A stretch of 64,000 bases of DNA from Pristiophorus japonicus (Eukaryota): positions 117,428,001-117,492,000 of the forward strand of contig NC_091993.1 of assembly GCF_044704955.1 (NCBI RefSeq), read 5' to 3'. The notes under the pieces are model-generated. The model ran no database searches. It was not told the DNA's origin and worked only from the letters and a program-made list of their open reading frames with translations. Each line of letters starts with the position of its first letter. The first letter of the stretch is position 1. Made by a program: the position numbers and the translations under genes. Below are positions 25,375 to 38,040 of the stretch, piece by piece.

Positions 25375-27558
25375 TATAATGTATGCACCTGTGAGTATGC
25401 TCACAGGTTGGTAGAGCTGTTGCCCCTGGAAGAGTCCGTGTTCCATGTTTTAATTGAATATGCGAGGTTGCAGCCCTTATTCCAATATTTGAAGGGGCTG
25501 CTCCTCAAATTCTGGTTGCACTTCAGTCCCACACTCCTGATCTTTGGACACCCTGTGCGGAGGCGAGCGGGCAGGTCGGAAGGCCTCCTGGAAGGACTGC
25601 TCCTAGGCATGGCCAAGGAGGCCATCAGCCGGTCCAGGCAGCGGGCGGTCGAGGGGGTCGTTCAGCCTGATTGCCTGCCTCTCTTCCGTGGTTACATCCG
25701 AGCCATGATGTCCCTGGAGATGGAGCACGCGGTGTCCACCGGTACGCTCGCGGCCTTCCGCGAGAGGTGGGCACCGGAGGGATTGGAGTGAATCATCAGC
25801 CCCGGCAATCAAATTTTAATTTGATTTTATGTCTAAATATTAATTTATTTAACTTGCTGGTTTTAGTGCCCTCCGCCATTTAGCCAGGGCTCACTTGTAT
25901 AATTTGTGTTTCAGTGCCCTCAAAAAAAAAAACAAGGGGGCACTTGAAAAGTTTTTGGAGTGTGCCCCCCCCCTTTCAGGGGGCACTTGATTACTGATTG
26001 CAACTAAAATAGTTGTAGAGCTGTTGCACCAGTGGGACTGGAGTGCATCATCACCCCTGGCAACCAAATTTTAATTTGATTTAAGTTCACGGTAAAAAGA
26101 TAATTTGTTTATTTGTCGGTTTTAGTGCCCCTCGTTAATAAGAGGACACTTGATTTATAGTTTTGCACTAAAATAGTTGTAGAGCTGCTGCATTGTGAGT
26201 TGCTTAACCAATCACGTGATGTTCACAAGACTCAATAAAACCCCAGACAGTTGGGTCTAGGTCATCCATGATGAGGTATGCGGTTGTGAGCCGAGTGGAT
26301 GAACTGGTAATGTGTAGTGTGATTGTTAAACCTTTGTTAATAAACTAACTAGTTCTGAATAGCAATGTGTTGCTATGAATTCTTAAGCAAAGAACCCATG
26401 AAGTTTGGGTCCCCAGTGGAGTGCACTCTATCTGGGAGTCCTCCCTCTATTTATTGGGAACTTGGCCTGGAGGGTGTTGCACGGAGCAGTCCCGTGCAAT
26501 AAGTTTTTAAGTTGGGTCACGGGCTCTCAGGCTGCCTCTAATTTCTGCGGTCGGGAAGAGCCCGTGTTCCACATTTTTAACGAATGTGTGTGGTTGCAGC
26601 CCCTCTTCCAATATTTGAAGGGGCTGCTCCTGAAATTCTGGTTGTACTTCAGTCCCACACTCCTGATCTTTGGGCACCCTGTGCGGAGGGGAGCAGGCAG
26701 GTCGGAAGGCCTCCTCATAGGAGTGCTCCTGGGCATGGCCAAGTGGGCCATCAGCCAGTCCAGGCAGCGGGCAATCGAAGGGGTCATTCAGCCCGACTGC
26801 CTGCCTCTCTTCCGAGGTTACATCCGAGCTAGGGTGTCCCTGGAGATGGAGCATGCAGTGTCCTCCGGTAAACTCACAGCCTTCCACGAGAGTTCAGCGC
26901 CGGAGAGACTGGAGTGAATCATCACCTCTGGCAACCAAATTTTAAATTGATTTTATGTGCAAAAGTTAATTTGTTTAATTTGGCACTTTTAGTGCTCCAC
27001 CCCCATTTAGCCAGGGGGCACTTGTATAATTTGTGTTTCAGTGCCCTCAAAAAAAAACAAGGAGGCACTTGAAAAGTTCTTTTGGAGTGTGTCCCCCCTC
27101 CCCCCACCTCCGCTTTAATCAGGGGGCACTTGATTATTGTCTTCAACTAAAATAGTTGTAGAGCTGTTGGGCCGGTAGAACTGGAGTGCATCATCACCCC
27201 TGGCAACCAAATTTTAATTTGATTTAAGTTCATGATAAAAGGTTAATTTGTTTATTTGTCGGTTTTACTGTCCCCTATTAATAAGGGGGCACTTGATTTA
27301 TAGTTTTGCACTAAAATAGTTGTAGAGCTGTTGCATTGTGAGTTGCTTAGCCAATCACGTGATGTTCACAGACTCAATAAAACCCCAGTCAGTTGGGTCT
27401 AAGTCATCCACGATGAGGTATGCAGTTGTGAGCCTAGTGGATGAACTGGTAATGTGTAGTGTGATAGTTTATTAACAAAGGTTTAACAAACTAGTTCTGA
27501 ATAGCAATGTGTTGCTATGAATACTTAAGCAAAGAATCCATGAAGAAAATACATTACA
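25375..27558 (+). mobile_element. Solo LTR (Gypsy-type termini) carrying four Tx1/L1-clade 3' fragments
   Basis: Termini TATAATGTAT...ATACATTACA (inverted, 1 mismatch), flanks GGAAC/AGAAC, AATAAA in the LTR body. Inserts encode LAWRVLHGAVPCNKFL..NFCG.EEPVFHIF.EC, the Tx1/L1 ORF2 Zn-binding C-terminus. Confidence 0.75.
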
Positions 27559-27564
27559 AGAACA

Positions 27565-29570
27565 GTGGCCCTGATTTTGTGTTGAGAATGAAGGTAAAGC
27601 GAACAGTGTTCACCGGAATTACGGAGTAAATGGGATCAGGAACTTCCTGAGTACACACATGCGCAGTTAAACATGGAAATCCAGAAGTTGCGATCCGAGT
27701 TACCCTCGGCATTGAAATCAGTGAATGGGTACTTACCCACTAGTTACCCATTATATATGGCAGGAAAAGGGCTGTTGCATTCAGGTGTAACTGAATTTTT
27801 AACAGCATGATAAATCATAATTACTGTCAAACAACCGCTCTTTTTATTTCACAAGTGTGGATGCTCATTCCTTCAGAATTTAGTTAATGTTTTAGAATTA
27901 AAAGTAAGAAATATATACATTTTTAAACTTTTTCTGTCTGCCTATTTTATCTCTCTCTCTTAATCCAATCTTTTCCTCCAATCTTTATTTTGTTTCTGTA
28001 CGTGATTTAAATCCATTTTATACCACCTGCTTTAGATTCTGCCTTGGCGAAGTTGGTCTCTGGAGCGCCGCTTATCCTGCTGCATCCTGTTGTTTGCCAC
28101 CTGCTCCTGCAAGAAAGAGGGAAATGTATCAATGAGTGTGGTGCAATATGTTTGGGTGGTGTGGTTGTCATGATTCAATAGCTGTCGGTGTGTGCAGGCT
28201 GTGGGATGTGCTGTGAGTCTTGCACCAGTGCTAAATGTGTGAGGGTCAGGTACAGTATATGAATGTTTGGAATGAGTCTTGGTTGATAGATATTGTTGGT
28301 AGACGAGTGATGGGTGTTATATGAATAGAGCAGTGGAGGAGGTTAATGATGCAGTTGGTAGGATTTGACATTTGGAGATGCAGTCACTGACCTTGACAAA
28401 TCTTGTGGGATCATTAAGGGGCCGATTTTCATCCAGGCCTCCGCCCATCCAAGTGCCGCCCAAAGTGCTGCTGATGGCCGCCCAGGTACCGGATGGTACT
28501 TTCGGTGGGATATTCATCGCCGAGGTCCCTCGAAGGTCGGCGGGCGGCAAGTGGACGATGCACGCCGCCAATCGAGGCAGCAGCGGGCGGGAGGTCCCAT
28601 TCTCGGCGGCAGAGACGCTTGCTGCCCGAGTGTCACCGAGGATGGAATCGGGCCTATGGAGGGTTGAAGACCTGAAAAAAAAAATGCAGGAGTAAAAAAT
28701 AAAAAAACTATTGGAAGACCTCCAGGGGACCCCATGCAGGTACGTCACTGTGGAATTAAAAAAAAATGTTCACTTACCTTTTTTTCAGGTTCTTCATACT
28801 GACCGTCGGGGACAGACCAGCCTCCATGCAGTGGTCCACCCCCGTTCTGCCACCGAGCCTCGCCGACTCCCACCCGCAGAAATCTGGCAGCTCGGCGGGC
28901 GGGAGGTCTGTCGCGCCACTCGGCTGGCCGCTGATGTCAGCACGCGGTTACCAGCGGCTCTCCCCTCCCTCCCGCTCCAGGCCACCTCGAATGTGGCACT
29001 GGGCGGAGCAAGAAGAGCATTGTCGGTGGCAATGAGTGGCAGCGAGCAGTGAGGTGATGGATTTCAGCCCCGAAACTTCTTCCTGCACTGCATCCAGGTC
29101 CTTAGGGCTGTTCTCCGAGCATTAATCTCCTCTGCTATCACTTCCCACTGCCTTCTGAGCTTGTTTCTGGAGGGACCCCACCCCAACCTGAGGATACAAG
29201 ACTTCTCTCCTTTCCATCTCTTCCACCAAGACCTACGGTGCAGTGTCCGAAAAACCTTGGTGCATGTTCTCTCCCGTGGTCAGCCATTGTTGATTCATCC
29301 ACAGAACAATATTCAGAATGTTCTCAGCCCCACCAGCAGCCACAATGCACCTCCCCTTTCAGAGGTAGGGCCAGATTGAAGTAGTACTAGCCACTGCTGA
29401 TGAGTGCCACCAATGAATCATGTGGGGAGCGCTGGCTGCAAACAAAAACTAAGGAAATGAACAGGCAGCACAAAGTTGGTGCCTTGCCTGGGTTGCAATA
29501 AATGGGCACGGGTTAATCCTCAATAGCGATCCCTTTGCCCATTTTGTGGGGCTTATCCAAATTAGCACCC
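27565..29570 (-). mobile_element. Degenerate PIF/Harbinger-derived element with Myb/SANT-like exon
   Basis: The - strand 29280-29075 and 28417-28385 read APRFSD..VLVEEMERREVLYP...RRQWEVIAEEIN...TWMQCRKKF / NDPTRFVK with a gtcagt donor. Confidence 0.65.
28418..29071. mobile_element. Non-autonomous Harbinger-type MITE inserted in the Myb exon
   Basis: Imperfect TIRs GGGGCCGATTTT / GATTTCAGCCCC and 3-bp flanks TAA / GAA. Removing it and one TSD copy restores CRKKF-NDPTR. Confidence 0.7.
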
Positions 29571-29914
29571 TGCGTGTCTCAGTGTGGATCCTGTAATCTG
29601 ATTCATTGAAGAGACTTACTGTTTCTTGACTTGCTCACTGATGCCACAGATCCCCTATAGAGGGCGCCGCTCTCAATCAGCTGCCAGATGACAGCAAGTC
29701 TACGCTCAAATGTTGCAAAATCTCCGTGGGCAGCTGTCAGTGTAGTGAACGGTGAGCATCGTTCCTTTGCCGCTGATCGCAAAATCCAGGCCTAGGAGAC
29801 GCACTGTTATAAGTAATAATGTGTATTTCTTTATTGTAACAGATATATCTCCACTTGTGAAGTGTTCCCAAATACTACAACCGTAATTACATGCATAAAG
29901 CCTGATCCCCAGAT

Positions 29915-30755
29915 AGACCAGCCTGTTTGTCCAATATCCAGTCCTGGATGTGTTAAAATATCTTCCAATTAAAATTGATAGGACCAAAGCAATTGTCTTC
30001 ATCCCCGCCACAAACACCGATCGCTAGCCATGGATTTCACCCACTTCCCAGGCCCCAGTCTGAAGCTAAACCAGGCTGTGCGCGACCTCAGTGTCCTATT
30101 TGAACCTGAGCTGAGCTCCCGACCCCGGAATGCTTTCTATCACCAAGACCGACAACATCCACCTGCGTAATAACACCCATCTCCAACCTTGCCTCAGCCC
30201 ATCTGCTGCTGAAATCTTCATCCATACTGTTGTTTAACTCTCGACTCCACTATACCAATGCTCTCCTGGCCAGCCTCCCACCTTCCACCCTCCATCAACT
30301 TAAGCTCATCCAAAACTCTGCAGCCCGTATCCTAACTCGTACCGAGTCCTATTCACTCATCACCCCCATGCTCACTGATCTACATTGGCACCCAGTCCCC
30401 AAATGCCTCGATTTTAAAATTCTTATCCTTGTGTTCAAATCCCTCCATGGCCTCGGCCCTTCCTATATTTGTAACCCCTCCACAAACTCTGTGTTCCTCC
30501 AACTCCAACTCTTGTTCATTCCCCCACTTCCTTCACCCCACCATTGATGGCAATGTCTTCAGCCATCTAGGTCCTAATCTCCAGAATTGCCTTACTAAAG
30601 CTCACCACTTTCTTTGACCTAACATTTTGTCACCTGTCCTAATGGCTCCTTCTTTGGCTCTGTCTCAATTTTGTCTGATTACATTCCTATAAAGTGCCTT
30701 GGGACAATTTACTTTCTTGACGGCGCTATATAAATGCAAGTAATTGCTGTTGTTG
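29915..30755 (+). mobile_element. L2-clade LINE 3' fragment
   Basis: SRLHYTNALL...LKLIQNSAARILTRT...LHWHPV..DFKILILVFKSLHGLGPSY and the tail GGCGCTATATAAATGCAAG...TGTTGTTG. Confidence 0.85.
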
Positions 30756-31844
30756 ATGTTAATCCCAGTAATGAGTCAACAACAATAAATGAACGTGCTT
30801 CTCAAGCAACGGCTGTTGCAATGAGAGGTCTATCTTTTTAATTTTGTTAAGAGTGAAACTTTATGCACGTACAGCAGTTTATATTTAAAGACCTGAATTT
30901 CCCCACTGCAAACAACGGTTAGGAAATTTTGGGTATGCAGAGAATGCAGTGGATAAATGTTTTATCCTAAATGAACACGAATTCAGTTTTAGCACAATTC
31001 CATTAATTACTTAAATACTTTAGGGGTTGAGAGAGTTGGGCTCTTAATAAAATGTGTTTTCAAGTTTGCTGCAGCTTGCGATGGTCATTGTGGTTTGAAA
31101 CTGCAAATAAATGTGTTGTAATTGTCAGGGTGGATGTGTGACAGAAACCCATCAATGTACAATGGCAGGAGGTGTCAGTTACTAAATGAAGGGTTGTGTG
31201 TGAAAGTGGGAGAAGAAGAACTACAATATTACAGGGCTTTTTACAGACAGGCATCATGGGTGCTGGTCCATTTATTGGACACCAGATGATGCAGATGGAA
31301 GAAACAGTGGAGAGGTGTACAGGGGACATGCGGGCCACACCATGGTGTGGACCACTGACCCCAGGGGGAAGCATTACTGAGCTAGATGTAGTTTTATAAA
31401 TCTTAAAGAGAAGGAGAGGCTAAAGCTGAGCAAAGACTATTTAATTGATCCATATGACGTGCTCCCAAAAGACCTAAGGAAGCAGTCAACATTTAAACTG
31501 TGCTGTTCGGGGAAGTCAGAGTTACCACAGTTCTCAACATTGACATACCTTCCAAGAACGAGTGGCAGATATCTCAGGAGTCGGTGGAAATGCTGTCAAC
31601 TGTTGCACAAGGGACATTACAGAGGTCTTCCAAAGGCACCCTCATGGGCACACAACATTCAGCAATACCAAACGGGAACAGCAGGCAAGGCTGTTTGCTT
31701 CTCACTGTGTGTGTAGGTTCTCAAAGGTGCAGGGCTGCGCTTTCCCCATAGCCCTGCTTTGTTTTTCTTGACAAGTATATATCCAATTCCCTATTCAAGA
31801 TCTTTTGGGTAGTTTTCCACAGAAAGGATTTTGAAAAGTTGTTA

Positions 31845-31952
31845 TAGAAACATAGAAACATAGAAACATAGAAACTAGGTGCAGGAGTAGGCCATTTGGC
31901 CCTTCGAGCCTGCACCACCATTCAATAAGATCATGGCTGATCATTCAACTTC
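31845..31952 (-). mobile_element. CR1 extreme 3' end with (AGAAACAT)n tail
   Basis: TAGAAACA repeats followed by GGTGCAGGAGTAGGCCATTTGGCCCTTCGAGCCTGCACC. Confidence 0.85.
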
Positions 31953-32639
31953 AGACAGCATCTGTGAAGAGAGAAACAGTTTTTCAGGTCAATGGGCTTG
32001 AATGAGAACTGGGTTCTGTGGTCCTGATCATTTGTGTCTCATTCCACAGATGCTGCCTGGCCTGTAAGGTTATGGAAACATATTCAGCTCATCTAAAATC
32101 TGCCAACGCTGATTTTAGAGCAATTAGGTTAATGGCTATAATTATGTTTTAAAGCGTAATGTATTCATCAAAGTTAAAATAAAAAGGGAAGGAGGGTTTG
32201 AAATGATAAATAGTTAAGATGCAAATGAAGTAACTTTGTTGTTGTTCCCTCATAGATTGTAAATAATAAGCAATGCGTTAGGTTATCTTGGTAATCAATA
32301 AGCAAACCGCACGATTTGTTTGGGGAACTTTTGGTCCCAGGTGCTCAGTAGTAGGTTTAGCCGGCTTTTATTTTCAGGTTGTGATTAATGGGAGATAAAC
32401 CACACCGAGGCAGGCAAACATGGAGAGACTTTCTGAAACAGCAATGCTACAATGGCACTCAGGTTTGCTAAAGAGCAACCTATAAGGGCTTCACTGAAGT
32501 GAAGAAGTTAGACATTTTAGAGGATTCTTTGTCTAAGTGAGGTAAGGTGACCCACTGATGTGGGCCAGCATGGCATGAAGTGGATTGAGCCTCTTCGAGC
32601 TGCTGCACAGATCCATACAGTGAAGGTCATTGGCCGTAA

Positions 32640-33290
32640 GACTGGTTACTGTGGTTACACAGGCAACCGTGGCAGCCAACTTACACACAGCAAGGCCCCA
32701 TAAACACGAATGAAATAAATGAGCAGTTAATATCTTTTGGTGGCGTCGTTTCAGTGATAAATAGAGGTGAGGAAACCAGAAAAACAGAAGAACATAAGAA
32801 ATAGGAGCAAGAGTAGGTCAGTAGGCGCCTCGAGCCTGAGACCATTACATTCCCAGCTGGCTTTGTATCATCAGCAAACTTGGATATATTACATTTGGTC
32901 CCCTCATCCAAATCATTGATATATATTGTGAATAGTTGAGGCCCAAGCACCGATCCTTGCGACATCCCACTAGTTACAGCCTGACAACCCAAAAATGACA
33001 AGTTTATTCCTACTCTCGGTTTTCTGTCCGTTAACCAATCCTCAATCCATGCTAGTATATTACCCTCAATCCCATAAACCCTGAGTTTATTTAATAGAAC
33101 TCCCCTGCTTCTCTTTGAATAGTGCCGTGGGATCTTTTATGCCACCTGAACAGGTTGATGGGATCGCAACATCTTATTTGAAAGTTAGCACTGCATTTAG
33201 GTGTCAGCGTAGAGTTTGTGCACAAGTCTTGCATGGGGCTTGAACCCGTGACCTTCTGAGTCAGCGGCAGCTGTGGTGTCTGAATGTCCA
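32640..33290 (-). mobile_element. tRNA-derived DeuSINE (SacSINE1-like), interrupted by a CR1 fragment at ~32790-33085
   Basis: AATAGTGCCGTGGGATCTTTTA.GCCACCTGA (Deu-domain-like) and GGGCTTGAACCCGTGACCTTCTGA (B-box reverse complement). The insert encodes QGSVLGP...KFADDTK. Confidence 0.65.
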
Positions 33291-33481
33291 CAATGTGAGG
33301 CTTTTGTTACTTAGAAAAGTTGTTGTTCCAGTGAGGGAGCTGCACCAATTAAATCCTGCTTATTGGGGATTTGCTTACTGTTAACGATTTGAAAGAAAGA
33401 ACTTGCATTTCTATCGTGCCTTTCACATCTTCTGGACATCCCAAAGCACTTTGCAGCCAATTAATTAATATTGAGGTGCAG

Positions 33482-36400
33482 TCACACGCGTAGGGGCATC
33501 ATGAGCCAGGTGGCGAGGCCGTACCCTTTGTCTCCCAGTCGCCAGCTCTGCCCTTCTGCCTGCATCTGAAACATGGCAGATGTAATGAACGCATCATGGG
33601 TGCTCCCAGGGTATCTTGCATCAACTGACATGATGCGATGCATGTTGTCACACACGAGCTGCACATTAATGGAGTGGAAGCTGTTTCTGTTCCTGTACAT
33701 CTCAGAATCCTCCAAAGGTGCTCGCAACGTGATGTGGGTACAATCAATGCAGCCCTGTACCTTGGGCAAACCAGCAATCCTGGAGAAACCCACAGCCCTG
33801 TCACACATTGCCTGGGTGATCATGGGGAACTTTATGTAGTCATTCTTCCGGAGATGTAGTGCAGCAATCACCTGCCGAATGCAGATATGTGTTGCAAGTC
33901 GAGAAATAAATGGCGCACACATCCTCAGTTGTAGCTTGGAATGATCCAGATTCATAGAATGAAAGTGCAGCTTTAACCTTCATTTCGACTGAAAAAGCAG
34001 TATTCCTGATGCTTCTAGGTTGCAGGTCTGCTTTTACTAACTCACAGCTCTCAATTACAACTTCTTTGCGGAAACTCAGCCTTCTGACACAGTCTGCATC
34101 ACTCAGGTGCAGGTAGAAACGCCTGTCTCGATATACCCGATGTGGGTAAGGCGTCCTGCCCATCACCCTATGTGCTCTGAGCTTCCTCATACGATGACGT
34201 CAAATCAACTGTCTCCCATCATGCAGAAGGCTTGCAGAAGTTATGGCATTGTCAGTATTGCCCCCATGATTAAATGTTACCTTTGCAAGAAGCTCAAAAC
34301 GGCAGGCAGGCAGGACAAGTTTCATTGTTCTCTCTACCCACAAGGTCTGTATGGATCATACACAGGTCTGAGCAGGCACAGTGATCGGGAACGCCCCCCC
34401 CCCCCACCCCCTGCAAACCCCCAGGCTTCATTTGATGCGGTGTAGGCTTCTGATGCCTTCTGTATACATTCCACAGCCCCCCCCGACTCCACTTCCCTGG
34501 GCTTGATTTGATGGGTAGTGCAGGCTTCATTTGCCTTCTGTATGCCTTCTACAGCCCCCCACCTCCCCCTCCCCCCACCCTGCCGGAAACTTAGCCCCGA
34601 GCCCCTGTGTTCGTGCGAATATCAAATTCTGCCGGCCGACACTCCGATCCTTGAGCCCCGTGGTGGCGTGTCAGTTTTAAAAAGATGAAAACTTCAAGAA
34701 TTCCATTAAGGTTCCATTTTCTGCGTTTTATGGTAAAAGAATTAAGCTTTATTCTGCATGTTTAAGTAGAAACATAGAAAATAGGTGCAGGAGTAGGCCA
34801 TTCGGCCCTTCTAGCCTGCACCGCCATTCAATGAGTTCATGGCTGAACATGCAACTTCAGTACCCCATTCCTGCTTTCTCACCATACCCCTTGATCCCCC
34901 TAGTAGTAAGGACTTCATCTAACTCCTTTTTGAATATATTTAATGAATTGGCCTCAACAACTTTCTGTGGTAGAGAATTCCACAGGTTCACCACTCTCTG
35001 GGTGAAGAAATTCCTCCTCATCTCGGTCCTAAATGGCTTCCCCCTTATCCTTAGACTGTGTCCCCTGGTTCTGGACTTCCCCAACATTGGGAACATTCTT
35101 CCTGCATCTAACCTGTCTAACCCCGTCAGAATTTTAAATGTTTCTATGAGGTCGCCTCTCATTCTTCTGAACTCCAGTGAATACAAGCCCAGTTGATCCA
35201 GTCTTTCTTGATAGGTCAGTCCCGCCATCCCGGGAATCAGTCTGGTGAACCTTCGCTGCACTCCCTCAATAGCAAGAATGTCCTTCCTCAGGTTAGGAGA
35301 CCAAAACTGTACACAATACTCCAGGTGTGGCCTCACCAAGGCCCTGTACAATTGTAGCAACACCTCCCTGCCCTTGTACTCAAATCCCCTCGCTATGAAG
35401 GCCAACATGCCATTTGCTTTCTTAACCGCCTGCTGTACCTGCATGCCAACCTTCAATGACTGATGTACCATGACACCCAGGTCTCTTTGCACCTGCCCTT
35501 TTCCTAATCTGTCACCATTCAGATAATAGTCTGTCTCTCTGTTTTTACCACCAAAGTGGATAACCTCACATTTATCCACATTATACTTCATCTGCCATGC
35601 ATTTGCCCACTCACCTAACCTATCCAAGTCGCTCTGCAGCCTCATAGAATCCTCCTTGCAGCTCACACTGCCACCCAACTTAGTGTCATCCGCAAATTTG
35701 GAGATACTACATTTAATCCCCTCGTCTAAATCATTAATGTACAGTGTAAACAGCTGGGGCCCCAGCACAGAACCCTGCGGCACCCCACTAGTCACTGCCT
35801 GCCATTCTCAAAAGTACCCGTTTACTCCTACTCTTTGCTTCCTGTCTGACAACCAGTTCTCAATCCATGTCAGCACACTACCCCCAATCCCATGTGCTTT
35901 AACTTTGCACATTAATCTCTTGTGTGGGACTTTGTCGAAAGCCTTCTGAAAGTCCAAATATACCACATCAACTGGTTCTCCCTTGTCCACTCTACTGGAA
36001 ACATCCTCAAAAAATTCCAGAAGATTTGTCAAGCATGATTTCCCTTTCACAAATCCATGCTGACTTGGACCTATCATATTACCTCTTTCCAAATGCACTG
36101 CGATGACATCCTTAATAATTGATTCCATCATTTTACCCACTACCGATGTCAGGCTGACCGGTCTGCAATTCCCTGTTTTCTCTCTCCCTCCTTTTTTAAA
36201 AAGTGGGGTTACATTGGCTACCCTCCACTCCATAGGAACTGATCCAGAGTCAATGGAATGTTGGAAAATGACTGTCAATGCATCCACTATTTCCAAGGCC
36301 ACCTCCTTAAGTACTCTGGGATGCAGTCCATCAGGCCCTGGGGATTTATCGGTCTTCAATCCCATCAATTTCCCCAACACAATTTCCCGACTAATAAGGA

Positions 36401-38040
36401 TTTCCCTCAGTTCCTCCTCCTTACTAGACCCTCCGACCCCTTTTATATCCGGAAGGTTGTTTGTGTCCTCCTCAGTGAATACCGAACCAAAGTACTTGTT
36501 CAATTGGTCCGCCATTTCTTTGTTCCCCGTTATGACTTCCCCTGATTCTGACTGCAGGGGACCCACGTTTGTCTTTACTAACATTTTTCTCTTTACATAT
36601 CTATAGAAACTTTTGCAATCCGTCTTAATGTTCCCTGCAAGCTTCTTCTCGTACTCCATTTTCCCTGCCCTAATCAAACTCCTCTGCTGAGTTCTAAATT
36701 TCTCCCAGTCCCCGGGTTCTCTGCTATTTCTGGCCAATTTGTATGCCACTTCCTTGGCTTTAATGCTATCCCTGATTTCCCTTGATAGCCACGGTTGAGC
36801 CACCTTCCCTTTTTTATTTTTACGACAGACAGGAATGTACAATTGTTGTAGTTCATCCATGCGGTCTCTAAATGTCTGCCATTGCCCATCCACAGTCAAC
36901 CCCTTCAGTATCATTCGCCAATCTATCCTAGCCAATTGACGCCTCATACCTTCAAAGTTACCCTTCTTTAAGTTCTGGACCATGGTCTCTGAATTAACTG
37001 TTTCATTCTCCATCCTAATGCAGAATTCCACCATATTATGGTCACTCTTCCCCAAGGGGCCTCGCACAACGAGATTGCTAATTAATCCTCTCTCATTACA
37101 CAACACCCAGTCTAAGATGGCCTCCCCCCTAGTTGGTTCCTCGACATATTGGTCTAAAAAACCATCCCTTATGCACTCCAGGAAATCCTCCTCTACCGTA
37201 TTGCTTCCAGTTTGGTTAACCCAATCTATGTGCATATTAAAGTCACCCATTATAACTGATGCACCTTTATTGCACGCACCCCTAATTTCATGTTTGATGC
37301 CCTCCCCAACATCACTACTACTGTTTGGAGGTCTGTACACAACTCCCACTAACGTTTTTTGTCCTTTGGTATTCTGCAGCTCTACCCATATAGATTCCAC
37401 ATCATCCAAGCTAATGTCCTTCCGAACTATTGCCTTAATTTGCTCCTTAACCAGCAATGCTACCCCACCTCCTTTTCCTTTTATTCTATCTTTCCTGAAT
37501 GTTGAATATCCCTGGATGTTGAGTTCCCAGCCCTGATCATCCTGGAGCCACGTCTCCGTAATCCCAATCACATCATATTTGTTAACATCTATTTGCACAG
37601 TTAATTCATCCACTTTATTGCGGATACTCCTTGCATTAAGACACAAAGCCTTCAGGCTTGTTCTTTTAACACCCTTTGTCCTTTTAGAATTTTGCTGTAC
37701 AGTGGCCCTTTTTTTCGGTTCTTCAGTGTTCTTCACTCCCACCAAAATTTTGCATAAAAACAACGCCGTCTTTCTGCGCCGATATTTTGATGTGAGCTGG
37801 TTTTTCTTAAGTCACCAGAATGTTTTTCGGGAGTGGTCACATCCGCCAAACGAGGAGAAATTTAAATTGGCCAAACTTACATAATTGTGAAAAACTGGCG
37901 CAGACATCAGGTTACACACAAAAAAAACTAACCGAAAAAAATTGCAACTGAGTTACGCTGGCGCACGTTGATCGGGGAAACTTGTATTTTTTAAACTTAG
38001 GCCAGAAAAAACGGCACAAATCACTGAGGAAATTTGAGCC
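33482..38040 (-). mobile_element. PIF/Harbinger transposon with frameshifted HARBI1-like DDE transposase (33482-34270), interrupted by a young CR1
   Basis: GFSRIAGLPKVQGCIDCTH, YRNRNSFHSINVQLVCD, ARYPGSTHDAFI and LGDKGY motifs; probable TIR GGAAATTTGAGCCC at ~38028-38041. Confidence 0.8.
34767..37712 (-). mobile_element. Young CR1 (HER1-like) LINE with near-intact ORF2
   Basis: In-frame 651-aa and 312-aa ORFs (EN through RT to C-terminus) separated by a single TGA at 35808-35810; AGAAACAT tail. Same subfamily as 6468-8810. Confidence 0.95.

Noticed and set aside
29843-29890. Degenerate second stalk exon (YISTCEVFPNTTT versus LEYSCEVFSTVSP)
   Set aside because: Only a 10-nt exact match and the wrong phase; chance or the terminal-exon reading explains it equally well.
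33482-34270. Domesticated HARBI1 gene
   Set aside because: Frameshifted, truncated and embedded in transposon sequence interrupted by a LINE.
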